Origin: Sphaeroforma arctica JP610
Lineage: Eukaryota
Assembly (NCBI RefSeq): GCF_001186125.1
Contig: NW_014039998.1
Coordinates: 8,900-54,573 of the forward strand
Direction: 5' to 3'
Length of the DNA: 45,674 nucleotides
Part shown: in pieces, positions 1 through 22,193 of the stretch
Numbering within the stretch: position 1 is the first letter of the stretch
How the letters are laid out: every line of letters starts with the position of its first letter
Notes under the pieces: generated by a model
Databases searched by the model: none
Told to the model about the DNA's origin: nothing
What the model saw: only the letters and a program-made list of their open reading frames with translations
Made by a program: the position numbers and the translations under genes

Positions 1-17
1 TAGTAGTAGTGTGTGTG

Positions 18-87
<70 letters not shown>

Positions 88-232
88 GTATATTATATGT
101 TTATATATATGTGTGTATGAGTGTGCGTCTGGGTCTGTGTATGTGGCCGTGAGTGTGAGTGTGTGTATGTATAAATGTATGGGTATAAATAAATGTTTTG
201 TGTTTGAATACTTGTATGGTTATATGTACATA
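1..232. repeat. Compound (TA)n/(TG)n microsatellite (intronic, phnA)
   Basis: Directly visible dinucleotide runs. Confidence 0.95.
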
Positions 233-306
233 TAAGTTTGCATAAATGACATCAAAACACGCACTACATGTTGATTCACATACCAACATACAATCTCCAT
301 TCGCAG

Positions 307-1057
307 GACTGTGTATCTAGCCGACAAAAGCCCCGAGGTACTTTCCAAGGCTCTCTCTATCGTTCGCGACTGCAGAGGCGTCGCTAATGCTCTGTCACGT
401 GAACCAGCGTCCAAAGGATTCGGCCTACCAAGCGACCGAATTGGTGACTTTGTGGTCGTGGGGGATATGGATACCGTTATCGGCAAGTCACCAGAATGGC
501 ACGATCTCACGGCACTTGGAGATATACCCCTTCGATCTCATGGAGGTAGGTACATGCTTACTACACACGCGCACGCAGACGTGTAGTTGCCATGCAAATC
601 TCGCATCAGAGCTCTTTGGGAGTACGTATTCAATGTAGAAGATACTCTCACATACACGTGTATGGGCTGTGTAGGTGCGCGGCACTTTGTAGATTCGTAC
701 GCCGTGTATTACAAGCTACAGTGAGGTAAGGAAATGAGTCATCCTGTTCCGAGCCTAGAGGAGTGGTCTATCGTTTGCATCCACGTGATCGTATATCGAG
801 TTGCTTCCCGATAGACCTATGTGTGTGTTTGCCGTCCGTAGTTCAGTTCAAGTAAAAAAAATCACATCCAGCAGGCAACTGCTCATACAATTAATCGTCC
901 CGTTCTGGAATTGAATACAGGTTTGGAAGAGAGTACAGTGCCGATGATGATTAGCAAACCGCTAATATCAGACTACAAGAAACGCCTGGGAGGTGGCCGG
1001 GCGAGGAATTTTCATCTCTTTGAGTTCTTATGCAATGGGATTAATACATCCAGATGA
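307..1057 (+). CDS. phnA: Phosphonoacetate hydrolase-like (alkaline phosphatase superfamily), last two exons 307-545 and 921-1057; 5' exons lie upstream of the window
   Basis: Spliced translation ...FGLPSDRIGDFVVVGDMDTVIGKSPEWHDLTALGDIPLRSHG|GLEESTVPMMISKPL...ARNFHLFEFLCNGINTSR*. This matches the PhnA C-terminal pattern (LPxDRIGD...HDLSxL..PLRSHGG..E..VP...RNFD.F). Splice sites cag|306, gtaggt at 546 and cag at 918-920 keep the frame (G+GT=Gly). Confidence 0.8.
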
Positions 1058-1662
1058 AATCGTCATATAGGGCCGTTCTAACAACGGTCAGTGTGTCATG
1101 ATTTGTTAGGCGAAGTACATATGCAGGTGGAGACGTGCGTGCAAAAACACGGTTCAGGACTGTGGCGATATCACCACCGGTTCCACAGTGGCTATCATCG
1201 TACTCGCCACAAACCATTGAGAGCGTGTGAATTAAAATATACGGTGACACGGCCACTCGTTACGGCTGCTTAAATGAAGCAGAAGAGGCTCACCAAGTTC
1301 GTGCCCACACCCAGCCACATCAACCAGCCAGGCATGCCACCATGGTGATTCACGCACGTCAAATTGGCTATAGAATAGAAAACACTGATTTGTATGATTC
1401 TGGGATGGCGCTCAGCGAGCTTTGATAATGCCTATACAAACACTAGCGCTATGTGATGAGGACTGATGCCCTTTTCGGTGTGGCCTTCAACAGCGATGGC
1501 CTGACGAGCTCTGATTCGCCTGTGATGTCCTAGGATATCTGCTACTTTAGGCAGGTATATAGCGGCGTCCTCCATTTTGATTTAGTTTAGTTAGTAGAAA
1601 TAAATATTAGCCCGCGTACTAAGATGTTGCATCGTGAGTTGCCTTTCAATATTATGTGTAAG

Positions 1663-1663
<1 letters not shown>

Positions 1664-1699
<36 letters not shown>

Positions 1700-1931
1700 T
1701 ATATGTATGTATATAGATATATATATGTATGTATATATACATATATACATATATATATGTGTGTGAGTCTGTGTCTGTGTCTGTGTTTGTGTCTGTTTCT
1801 GTGTCTGTGTGTGTGTACATATATTTATATATATGTATGTATGTATATGCGTGTGTGTGTGCGCGTATGTGTATGTGTGTGTGTGTGTGTGTATTGTATA
1901 TATATAATGTGTGTGTGTGTGTGTGTGTATA

Positions 1932-1967
<36 letters not shown>
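1664..1967. repeat. Compound (TA)n/(TGTGTC)n/(TG)n microsatellite between the convergent phnA and gmd genes
   Basis: Directly visible; explains the YI/CV/HT ORFs. Confidence 0.95.
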
Positions 1968-1969
<2 letters not shown>

Positions 1970-2505
1970 TAATCACTGATTAGTTTGTCTCTATGTGCCC
2001 AAATGTGACTTGATCTATTAGCCCCGATCGCAATCTCACGTTTTGCATGACTAAGTGGGATAATCGAGTATCCCCTGCATGGCCAACTTAAATATAGAAC
2101 CTTTAGTTATAGCTTGTGTGTTTGATATCTTACCGCAACAAAGACGTATACTCTGGGTTCGAAGTATTATATCGACTATGGCGTTCGAAGTGTCAACACT
2201 GGTTCTCAATCCATATCGCGAGAGCGTACCATGGCCATCTCAATAAATATTACTTAAATTCGTACATTTCTTTAAAATAACTTTCGTTATTTCTCGTGTA
2301 TTATATATATGCGCACGTATAAAATATATATTCTTTTATTCTATTAACTTGGGAGTGGGCACGAGTTCATAAATGCAGCTTGCCCACAAAGCATGCAATG
2401 CACATCCTTATGTGCCCTCGCTCCATTCAATGTTGGAGATGTCGCTTGTTGAAAGTCATCTCCGGTCCTATATATCACTAGGTATAAATTTCCTGATCTC
2501 AGAAC

Positions 2506-4274
2506 TTAAGCCTTGGGCGAGAAAAGGGCCAAATCGGCGTCAACCATATCGTTTACGAGTTCCTGGAAGGATACTGTGCGCGTCCAGCCAAGTGTCTTCT
2601 CGATCTTGGTGGGGTCTCCCAGAAGCAGATCAACCTCTGTGGGTCGGAAGTACTTCTCCGATACGCGCACCACAATCTCGCCGGTGGCCTTGTTGCGGCC
2701 CACCTCGTCAACTCCAGTACCCTCGTACTCAACCTCGATACCTGCACGCTGGAACGCGAAGGTGCAGAAGTCACGCACCTTGGTGGTCTCACCGGTGGCA
2801 CAGACAAAGTCGTCGGCAACGTCGGCCTGTAGAATCCTCCACATAGCCTCTACGTAGTCACGGGCGTGACCCCAATCACGCTTGGCGTCCATGTTCCCTA
2901 GGTATAGGCAGTCCTGTTTGCCGTACTTGATCTGGGCCACGGCGCGGGTAATCTTGCGCGTGACGAAGGTCTCTCCACGACGGGGAGACTCGTGGTTGAA
3001 CAGGATACCGTTGCAGGCAAACATACCGTAAGCCTTTCAGTAAGAAACCAGAAGGAATGATAGATGAGCTATAGATATATGTCAATCGCCATAAGAGCTT
3101 GAAGTAAGATTATTCGTAAACTCTTGTAAGTGCACACAACATGAACACTATGTATGATTTTGTTACACTACTAGAACTCGCGAGTGATGACACTGTAAGT
3201 TTGAATACTATCTACTTTAGAGGTTACAGTGAAGAATCTAATGGAGCATAAAAGAGGTATAGAACAAAAACAATGACAACCTCGTACTCACCTCGCGGTA
3301 GTTTACAATAGCCCAGTACGCGTACAGCTTGGCGACGGCGTAAGGGGAACGAGGGTAGAAGGGAGTGGTCTCTGACTGAGGAACAGCCTGAACCTTTCCG
3401 TACAGCTCAGAGGTGGACGCCTGGTAGATGCGGCATGTGTGGGTAAGACCAGCAGAGCGCACAGCCTCCAGAAGAGACATTACGGATAGACCGGCGACTT
3501 GTCCAGTGTATGAGGGCATGTCGAAGGAGACCTGTGTAGTTTGGCATGAGAGGGTCAGGGGAGAAGGATAAATAGAGACGGCGATTACATGAGTGCTTCT
3601 CATTTGGTGAACTGCCGGATAAAGGGATTGTAAATACAAGGTGATTGTCAAGGGGCGTCGCTTACGTAGTAGGTTATGATTTGAGAATTAGTGTGATAGA
3701 ATGCATACTGCATCACAAAAACGAAAATGACAACACCAAACAACAATTATGTAAAAACATCAGTAAGACACAAACAATTTGCGGGTTTGCATCCTGCTTC
3801 ATCCCAATCAAACAACACAAACAGCCACGTAAAAATAGTCGCGAATGCAGAAGCACCAACTTGGAAGTCTTCTTATACCAAGAAGTGGTAAGCATTCGCA
3901 CCTAAAATATTGTTGCAGCGAGTATAGCCGGGTTGATTAGACACCAATGCGATATTTGTACACACCTGTACGTGGGACTGAGCAGCCAAGTTGTATAGCT
4001 CAGTGGGGCGGACAGTGGATAGCAATCTCAGAAGATCTCCAAAGTCAAGCATATCTCCGTAGTGTAGGAAGAACTTATCTGCGTACTCGTTATTGTGGAA
4101 CAAGTGCTCAATTCTCGACTGATTGAAGGAAGAGGCACGACGTTTAATACCATGTACTTCGTATCCCTTTGACAGAAGCAGCTCGCAGAGATAGGATCCA
4201 TCCTGACCGGTGACACCGGTGATTAGGGCTACCTTACGGCTGTGGTTGTCTGCAATTTCCTGAGAGGTAGTCAT
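2506..4274 (-). CDS. gmd: GDP-mannose 4,6-dehydratase, 3 exons (4274-3966, 3531-3292, 3033-2506), ~358 aa
   Basis: Motifs [69 protein letters not shown] and [17 protein letters not shown]. Both introns are phase 0 GT-AG. Confidence 0.97.
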
Positions 4275-5077
4275 GATTGCTAGTTGTGTGTTATATCAGC
4301 TACTTTAGTCTAGGATGAATCTGTTTGTGTTAGGTACTCCAGATTTATACTTTTAGTAGTCCGTTTCGGTTATTGTTATTATTTACAAGCTCTTTTCGTT
4401 CGTGACTGCGATAGGGCGAACACAACCTGATAGTCTGATACTCGCCTGCACTCTCTCAAAAAGCAATACAACGGAGACTTCTGACACGCACATTGACACA
4501 CAGCCCCTAACAACGAGAAAGGTTTTCACTGTTCTAAATTTTGGCTTTTTCAATTCTGCTGCCCTACAAATAAACAAAATTTCGGGTTTAAAACCAGGAA
4601 AATGAGGCTTTATTTTTTAAAATAGATTTAACCCCTAAAATGCAAAATATGAGTCTCCTAGAAAGAGAACTGCTGACCACTCAGAAAGATAGAAAATTTT
4701 GGATCGCATACATACAAGCCATATTTTATAAAATATGAAGAAAAAAAGCCGAATTGGAAGCACGGAAAAGAAATAAAAAAGGCTGAAAATGTTTTGTTTT
4801 GTTTTTTGATTCCATAACAACCACCGATTTTCGGAGGCAACGGAACAAATCTTCCATTCCAATAAATCAGATTTCAGAAGTTCAGAGTCCTGGAATCTAA
4901 AATATGCTGCCACACTCTCTCTATTGTAGAGAGAGTAGAGAGGGCCCAGGGCCCCAGGCAGCCACAGTGCCATGCCAACTCCTCCATATCCCAAGAGCAA
5001 GATCTATATGCTCATAGCCTTCTAAAACTAAGCAGGCTATGTCGCTATGATATGCTACATATTATATTCTATTTCTA

Positions 5078-5079
<2 letters not shown>

Positions 5080-5142
<63 letters not shown>

Positions 5143-5397
5143 TACACACATCTTTCGTCACATCATCATAAAGTGTGTAGAGGATACAATCACGTGTACA
5201 TTGTGAAATGTCAAAATATTTATTATGTCATTAACTCATAGACATGTATATTGTGATGTATTTATTATATCTTTAACTCATAGAAAGCTGCTAGCTCAAT
5301 ATGCTTCCGTCAATTTGTTGTGGGTATGCATGCACAGCCGCCTTCTATATATATATATATGTATGTATGTATGTATGTATGGATGTATATAAATATA

Positions 5398-5428
<31 letters not shown>

Positions 5429-5488
5429 TGATATATATGTATCCGTATATATATATGTATTTGTATATATATATATAAATACATATAT

Positions 5489-5538
<50 letters not shown>

Positions 5539-5592
5539 ATATATATATATATATATATATCGATATATATATATATATATGTATATGTATCG

Positions 5593-5644
<52 letters not shown>

Positions 5645-5802
5645 TTATGTATGTATGTATGTATATGTGTTCGTGTGCTCGTGTGATTAGTATATATATA
5701 TGTCTGTATTTGTGTCAGTGTCTGTGTTTGTGTCTGTGTCTGTGTCTGTATATATATGTGTGTGTGTATGTATGTGTGTATGTGTATGTATGTATGTATA
5801 TA

Positions 5803-5837
<35 letters not shown>

Positions 5838-6270
5838 GGTTATATATACATGGATATATATATATATATGTGTGTGTGTGTCGGTGTATATATATATATA
5901 TCTGTGTCTGTGTCTGCGTTTGTGTGTTAATATGTATATATTCATATTTATATTTATTATTCTGTTTGCTAGAAGCATATATAATGTAAACTATAAACAT
6001 TTATGTACATGATTGTGTATATTTCCGGATATATATTTTATGTACTAGGATATGTTTTATTATATTTATGATCACAATCATACTATGATAGTATATCTGT
6101 GTAGTGCAGTTTAGTATGGACATAATGTATATATATATATATATACATATTATATATAAATATGTGTGTGTGTGTGTGTGTGTGTGTGTATTTATATATA
6201 TATATATCTATATACTTACATATATTTATATATATAAGCTTGTGTGTGTTTGTGTGTGAATGTGTCTCTT
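5080..6270. repeat. Large compound microsatellite field (TA)n/(TATG)n/(TGTGTC)n/(TG)n between gmd and ABHD13
   Basis: Directly visible runs at 5081-5138, 5347-5940 and 6128-6260. Confidence 0.95.
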
Positions 6271-6350
6271 CTGTGTGTATGTGTTCATGTATTTAGGTCT
6301 TAGAAACAATTTCATGAGCGTTCATATTCCGCATTTACTAGTGTTCATAT

Positions 6351-7878
6351 TCAGCATTTACTACGTTCGTGCGCGTACTTTTTTCCTGTATCCACCATTA
6401 TATCTTTGATAAATCCTCCCATGCCCGCCCAATAACCTGGCCTGCTCCACGTATCATTGTGCAACCCATTGGGTATGCTTACGAATACTTTGTCGTTGGC
6501 TGAAGTCGCAGCGGCGCACAACCGATGCATCATAAACGCCGGTATCATCTCATCCTTCTCACCTACGGGTCATGAGAGAGTATTTAGTTGTAAAGTGGGG
6601 TATCAAGCATTCATAGGTGCAAATCTATAAACCAGCCTAAACGCTGGTATCATCTCGGCTTTCTTGCTTGATGGTCAATAGCTAGTATCCCATGATCTGA
6701 TGATGATATGGATGTATTATCAATTGTACACTAGTCTAAAATTATATACCAGGCTTAGTTCGTACTTATGGATGAAATGCTACCTCACACACAGATAATG
6801 TTACATACAGCCTAAAAGTAGGCGGTATAAACCGGTGCAATCAGCTGCATGACATCCTCTACTAAAGAAAGTGTATTTTAAGTCGACAAGATAATGTCGA
6901 TAGGTATGTACTCAACGCGGTACACTCAACTGACGGTGAAGGTAGGTGTCGAATCTGATTTGACAGAAACTAGCGTCCGCCAAGAAGAATTTGTGACGCG
7001 TATGGTACGACAGAGCCTGAAAGAAAAATACGAAATAAAACGGCTAACATATCAACTAAACCCGTTCTTTTTGTGGGTTGCTTTCGCTGCAATATATAAC
7101 TCTTTTCAGCATCGTCGCCACAGTCTCGCCAATACGTGTACAATACCCTGCTAGTACGACTCGTACTTTTCTCAGTTGTGGCCGCATGGTGATCGATTTG
7201 TGCACTCCCATACATAAATAACTCAGTAGGCATGAAGAGAATTGGACAGCTATCTGGCTGCCCCTTTAGACAGGAAAAAGAATGACATTTATAGATATCA
7301 TTCGCCAGATATCAAGAGGATTAGATATCCATATGGATGCTTCGCCCAAAAATGAAGTGAGCTGAATATCTGTCTGAATCATCCTTCAGACATGAAAAAA
7401 TAGGAACACTGTTTGGATCACTCACCCGACATGAAGAGAATTGGACATGTGACGGAGGCCATTTGATGCTCACTGTGCCACGGCCACCGGATAAATCGAG
7501 TCAGAAATGGATATGGGGTATATCTCGGATACCAGAACTTGACAATATCACCTAAACTGAAATAGAATTTAGACATATCGTTTCCAAAAAAGTTTATTTG
7601 GGATACCAAACTTGACGATATTGCCTAAAATAGCCGGAGAAACTTGATGGGTCCCGTGAACAAATAAATGTTTTCACCACGAGTGTTCATATAATTATTG
7701 CTATCGCCGCCGTGTACGTGCTCGAACCACTCGGTAAAAACACTTGACGACGATTGTCTGGGATCTAGTCGATGATCCCATGACATCTGACTATTGCCAG
7801 TACACAGTATCACAATCTTTAAAGCGGGGACGCAGAAACTACTTCTCTATATTATCGCTGTATAAATATATATATGTG

Positions 7879-7966
<88 letters not shown>

Positions 7967-7973
7967 GTGTGTT

Positions 7974-8009
<36 letters not shown>

Positions 8010-11000
8010 TATGTGTGTGTGTGCGTGGGTGGTGGGAGGGGAGGGTGAGTGGGTGGGTGTGTCTATGTACGAATACACTGTTTGTGTATTAACGCTCACC
8101 TGGTAAATGTGTTCTCTACAATCAGCCCAATAATCGCTCCAGACTTGTCCGTGGAAGCCAGATGGATACCCACAGCACCGCCAATAGAGTGCCCGTACAC
8201 TATCACCGGCACCTGCACGCCTGATGTCTCGGTCGACGGACTGGTTGCTGACGCTTCATGGCAATAGAGCAACTCCGATGCGTTGCGCTGAATAAACTCG
8301 AGCGCCGCTTTGGCATCGATGGCTAAGCCTGTGTCGAAGTGCGGGCGATGTTGGCTGGAAGTTCGTTACCTACAGGCAAACATACCACTTTGGCATATTC
8401 GCGCGCTCGCTGGATTTAATTGTCCAATTTAAGAATCGGCATTAACTAATGGTTTTAGGTGTGTGTTGCATAATATCCTCCTTCTGCTATTTATGCGCAC
8501 GATAAGTACAATACAGCTGATCTCCGATGCTACCAATAACTAAATTAGTACGTACACATTGGCCGCAACACTTCTCGACCAATCTCAATGAGAAAGTTGT
8601 GAAAGGGTATGAGAAGCTTGCAATCCGTTTTCCAGCCCAAGCTTTAGTTTCGATTTCCGGTTCGGTACCACCTGTTCCAAAAGTGCGTATGACTATACAT
8701 TTGTATTAATATGCATATACACATACATACAGAATTAACAAAATACAGACCTGTATCACGTCCATATAGATTGAGATTAATACTTGAATTAGGTCGCATT
8801 TCACCGCTTGTCTTCATATCAGCAACTAGAAGGTATTGAACCCTAGCTGGCAAGCGAAGCAATCGACAACTTGTAGAAACACTACCTTCCTTTGCTATCA
8901 CTCCTCTGTCAGATACATTCCATCATATAATGCACATAAGTACCAGGTATCACACTTCGCAATGAAAGACAGCTACCTCTCCCTGACGCTCGCCCGCCGC
9001 TGTGACCATATCCTCGATAGCTGAGCACGAAGATGTGGCAACGACTTTCTTTGAACAGCCTGGGTACGTACAGCAGAAAGAATAGGCTAGACTTGAAACC
9101 AAAAATATGTGCTTGCCGCTATATGGATAGTGTATACTTATTTTGTAGTGTGAAGGTGAATCTGTGACTGTTCCAGAGACTTTTTTGGATATCTGGTCTA
9201 TATGCTGCAAAACAAGCAAGCTTCACAACATATAACAGTTATGGCCTAATGTGACACATACGCACCTCTTAATATGATATATCCTGTCTCCCAGATTACC
9301 AGCATTCCCATGGAAATATAGAACAAGCGGGATGTCAGATCCGCTGTTGGCGGTGTTTCCGACCTTTTTTGTCTCCATGGGCTGCTTGAATAGCCATGCC
9401 TGCAGCTCAACACCGTCTGGTGTAGTAAAGCGGTACTCTAATAGCAGAATGTGTGTGTGTGTGTGTACATGAATGTGGGAAACGGGATGTGACAGAATGT
9501 GTATGTATACATGTAAGGGTGTGTGTACATGATTGTGGAAAAGAGGATATGACAGAATGTCTATGCATGTGTGTGTGTGTGTGTACATGAGTGAGGGTAA
9601 GAGAATGTGACACAATATGTTTGTATGTGCGTAGGTGAGTGTGCGTTTGTATGCTTTGTCTGCATGAGTACGGTGTGTTCATGTGTGAGCTTGTGTGAGA
9701 ATCATGTAGCACCTGGTACAAGCAGCCACTCAGCGTAGTGTGTGGTGTTGTTTGATATAAACTTTGGCGAAGCACAACAGTCAAACCCACCAGCTATTGC
9801 ACGCAATACTAAGAAATGTAGCATTCGCTCAACCCGGGCCCACAGACTTTTATTTCAACTTTGTATATACAAATACTGACCAATGCACACTTCATACACT
9901 ATCAGGTCAGGACGAAGAATGCTATTCGTACATCTGACAATCATAAAGTAGCGCCAGTCGCAAAAGGCTTTTTAACGTATAGTACCTGAGAATACGCTGT
10001 CCATGCCGTGAAGTTTTGGGTCCTGGATGTAAGAACGGCTCCCGGGCGGCAAATACGGCATGTAGATCAGCTGAAACACAACAATAGAGTACAATGCGGT
10101 GATTAGATCAATCGAGAAAAATATAATTACTGCATGCCTGTGCAATAGTTCTTATTCGGTTTAGTGTGTAGGTATGTGTATAACACATAACCTTGTATGA
10201 TACTCAAACATAAATGAGCATAGTTAACATGAAAGTGTTTTCTCCGGGGTAGAAGGGTCCCGTGTATTTGTTATAAAGAGGGGATTCTATCAGTGCTTGC
10301 CACACATGTGCCTAAAAACACAAACATAGGTGTGATGACCAGTATATGTAAGCACGGACTTGAAGTCCACATTGCCGAAAAGACTTGATCATGCATGTAT
10401 CTAACCGTCACATTGAATGCATATCCCTTGATGCACAACGTTGTACTAAAATCAAAGTAGCGGTTGTGAGTAGCAAAATTCGCATGGAGTTGACGTATTC
10501 GGAACGATCGAATACAAAAACTCCCAAGCACAGAGCAAGCGAGGACTGCCCAATGACAGTAGAGACACCTTGGTGGCTCGAACACCGCATAGACAACAGA
10601 ATGTATACGCATAAGTAATATATGCAAGCATACCTATATATGGTGGCGTATTGCTGTTCAATCCGCCGCGTGCGATACTCCCAGCTATATATCTAACTAG
10701 GTGTCAGTATACTCCTGGTCAACACAATATACTTCTCTCTCACTAGGTCTTAGTATACTCCTAGTCAACACAATATACTTCTTTCTAACTACGCCGTATA
10801 CAACCTGTACACCATCACCAACTAAGTCTCAGCGTGCTCTTAGTACGACACAATGACAATAAACTTCCCTCTAACTAAGTCTTAGTATACAGCTAGTACA
10901 ACAAAATAACGTTCTTTCTAACCAAATCTCAGTGTACTTCTAGTGCGATACAATATACTTCTCTCTGACGAAGTCTTAGTATACACCTATTCCAACACAA

Positions 11001-11658
11001 TATATTTATCTCCAACTAAGTCTCAGTGTACTCTTAGTACGACACAATACACTTCTCTCTAACTAAGTCTTAATATACAGCTAGTACAACAAAATATCCT
11101 TCTTTCTAATCAGATATCAGTGTACTTCTAATGCGACACAATATACTTCTCTCTACCTAAGTCTTAGTAAATACCTATTACAAAACAATATATTTCTCTC
11201 CAACTATTAAGTCTCGGTGTACTCCTAGAACAACACAATATACTTTCCACAGACTAAAACAAACAGGTATCTAAAGAATTCAATCTTAGCTCTGGCCCTA
11301 ATAAAAACCGTGGGAGTGCATACGTACAGCATCCGTATGACAGCAACATTACCTATCCATGAAAGTCGATGAGTATATGCTTCGCATTCTCAGTATGTCC
11401 TGAATTATGGACACGCACCATACACCGGGCCATAAAGTATCATGGGTAGATGTACATGCACATCTCCATCATATAAGACGTGGTACATACTTTGTTCTGA
11501 AATATAACCGTCATGACGGCTTTGTACGTGAACAGGATAAGCGGTGTGCCTATGAAGATGATGAGTCCTTTCACTCCCATCGGTAGTAAGCCAAACGCCG
11601 ATGCCAATGTGGACACACTTTTCTCGCCATTCCCACAGACTCGTCTGAGACCAAGCAT
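6351..11658 (-). CDS. ABHD13: ABHD13/BEM46-like alpha/beta hydrolase, 7 exons (11658-11491, 10070-9986, 9437-9266, 9059-8977, 8328-8100, 7556-7426, 6562-6351), ~359 aa; start codon uncertain
   Basis: Hydrophobic N-terminal anchor, then FQNK|LIYMP, TPDGVELQAW, LYFHGNAGN, LSYRGYGHS, nucleophile motif YGHSIGGAV, LIVENTFTS, LFMSGEKDEMIP (Asp) and GLHNDTW (His). All junctions are GT-AG and the total of 1080 nt is in frame. Confidence 0.88.
7861..8025. repeat. (TA)n-(TG)n-(GA)n microsatellite in an ABHD13 intron
   Basis: Directly visible. Confidence 0.95.
9445..9620. repeat. ~60-bp tandem trimer abutting an ABHD13 acceptor
   Basis: gtgtgtacatga.tgtgg.aa..gga.atgacagaatgt recurs near 9461, 9521 and 9581. 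Confidence 0.7.
10696..11252. repeat. 47-bp minisatellite (~12 units) in ABHD13 intron 1
   Basis: Unit actaagtctcagtgtactcttagtacgacacaatatacttctctcta, starting at about 10696, 10742, 10820, 10874, 10921, 10968, 11015, 11062, 11109, 11156 and 11203. Confidence 0.92.
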
Positions 11659-12442
11659 AGGCACACATCGATGCACATGTATGGGGTTATGTGTGTTAGT
11701 CATACTCAATCGACTACCTACAAACGTGTGGTATTTGTATCTCCCTACATCGTTGCAGGCCTTATAACTCGAAGGTCTACCTCCACGAACAGACACACAT
11801 CGATGCGCATGTGTATGAGTGTGCGTGTGAGATGTACTCAACCTTCTACCTGCACAAGCGTGGTATTTCCTCGCAACTTTACAAGTCAGATGCCTCGAAA
11901 GTCCAGATGAGCTTGTAGTATTAAAGTGTGGTTCATACGCATACATCCGTGAGAAGTGCGCTTGTGAACCGGTGACGCTTTTCCGTGCTACCCTCAGTGC
12001 TATATAGTCTGACGTAATAGCACACCATCCGATGTGTGTAGTTGTGCAGTCTCTCGGCAGCCTTGACAGCTTTCGTGTAAGCGTTTGCATCATGCAGGCT
12101 TGCTTTGAACAAGTGGCGAGTGTTGTCTGTGCTTCTCAATAATCATCCATCAACGTTTATAACGTTTTGAGCTTAGCTGTTCTTTCTGTGATCCTTAATC
12201 AACATTTACAACGTTGTACGCTTTGCTGTACTTCTCGATAATCATTTAGTCAACGTTTGAATATGACGTTCTGAGCTTAGTCGAGTGATATCCCATATGT
12301 CAAGGTGTCAGATTGTGACACTATATAAATATAGGTAAACAAATCACACACATCAACATCAATTACGAAATAAATTATTCATGTGAGCTGTACACGATAA
12401 TTAGTCTCAGATACACACACGACTAGCAGTTGTACTATAGCG
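11659..12442. promoter_or_regulatory. Putative bidirectional promoter/5'UTR region between ABHD13 (-) and LAP (+)
   Basis: Divergent genes 784 bp apart, with TATATAAATA at ~12322-12331, about 110 bp upstream of the LAP ATG. Confidence 0.45.
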
Positions 12443-20772
<8,330 letters not shown>

Positions 20773-22193
20773 TCGGCAGTATTATGCAGTCGACAGACAT
20801 AGTTCAGATTGAGTTGGTGTCACATGCAGCTGAGGGATATAAACGTAGGCTGAGCATTTGAAGCGAGACGCTATTGGTATTATTAGGAGCTCGCACCAGG
20901 AATAAATGGCATCATAAGATAAATTGGCCCCATCACCAATGATGTCAGTCCCAGCACCAATGATGTCAGTCCGTATAGGCAAAATAATAGTTGTCTAAAG
21001 GGACATGCAATAATTTCGTATTTTGTGGAATAGATCACTCGTGCCGCGCACGCTTGGTCGGATGGATCCGTAGAATACGTGCACGAAATGGTATCTGCAA
21101 CCTTTTCAATGCATTTGGACCTAAGAGCTCATATGGAAACATATCTACGACAGGTAGATAAATGTTTTCGTTGCACAAAAACCTGAGGTATCGTCATATA
21201 TGCCAGCGTCGAGCAGAAGCACTAATATCAAATTTATGGTCAAAGATACGAGGCCGAGGTTTGATGGATCCCACCATGCATGAGATAGAAGAATAAACGT
21301 TTATTTGGTTAGAACGCCATCTTCGCCCCTCTGTGTGTGTGCGTTGACCGTTGTCTTGCATCATGAGGGCGGCTTGTCTACAGCTACCCCAGATTGAATA
21401 GTGTTGGGAATGCTGAAGCACCTTCTGCCTGTCGTAAATCATATGCTGATGTGCCTGAGTTCATACAACGTATATATAAATTATCCCATGTCCAACTGCT
21501 GTTCACATGGAACCTTTCTCCACTTCAGTCTTCAAAGTTCTCATTTGAATATATAAATATATATATATATATATTATATGTATATATATGTATGTTTATT
21601 TATATATATATTATAATATTATATTGTATTTTATTTATATATATATATCAAAAGGACACCCATCGGCACATCTTATTCCAAAGGCAGAACCATAAATCGC
21701 CGTACGAAAATACTGTTCGTGATATACACAAAATAAAGTTGTGTACTCTGTCCCTGATAGTCTATAAGATCCTAAAAATAGTATGTTTTTTTTTTGCTCA
21801 GACCAAGTGACACCCCCTAGCGGCTACCAACAGTAGCCCCGCAAATTCCGCTGTGTGATTTGTGATTTCGGCTGCGCCTCCTTATTTCGCGACTCTTAAA
21901 ACAGCAGAGCATTTGTCGATTGGCGTGTTGCATAGACCTGTGCTAGCTCTGAGGCACCCACTTGGGGAGGCCGATGGCTTACGACCCAGTGTGACTCGGC
22001 AAGAACGCAATAACCGGAATAATCTGTGCATTTTTGTGCAGCTGGACAGCAGATTCTAGCCTGCTGAGACAGCCACGATCACCAATGGTAGCCCGTAAAC
22101 AACACCGGATATAGCCGCGTGGGTGCATTCTTATGGCCAAGGTAGAGGCATGAGCCGCACGACCGACTGGGTATTGGGGTGTGGTTATGTGCA

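Noticed and set aside
1453..1514. Possible box C/D snoRNA (GTGATGA at 1453; CTGA at 1501 and 1511)
   Set aside because: No convincing terminal stem and no rRNA-complementary guide I can identify; such short motifs arise by chance. A snoscan/Infernal search would settle it.
1587..6012. Many ORFs of [12 protein letters not shown] type (also at 11-289, 7744-8106, 17148-17805, 28498-29080, 30318-30890)
   Set aside because: Translations of stop-free microsatellites, not genes.
11659..12093. Upstream extension of the ABHD13 ORF (217-aa ORF 11440-12093)
   Set aside because: It contains HTHT low-complexity sequence and a ~130-bp duplication. The obvious splice (tg|...ag|a) creates TGA, so no supported upstream coding exon was found.
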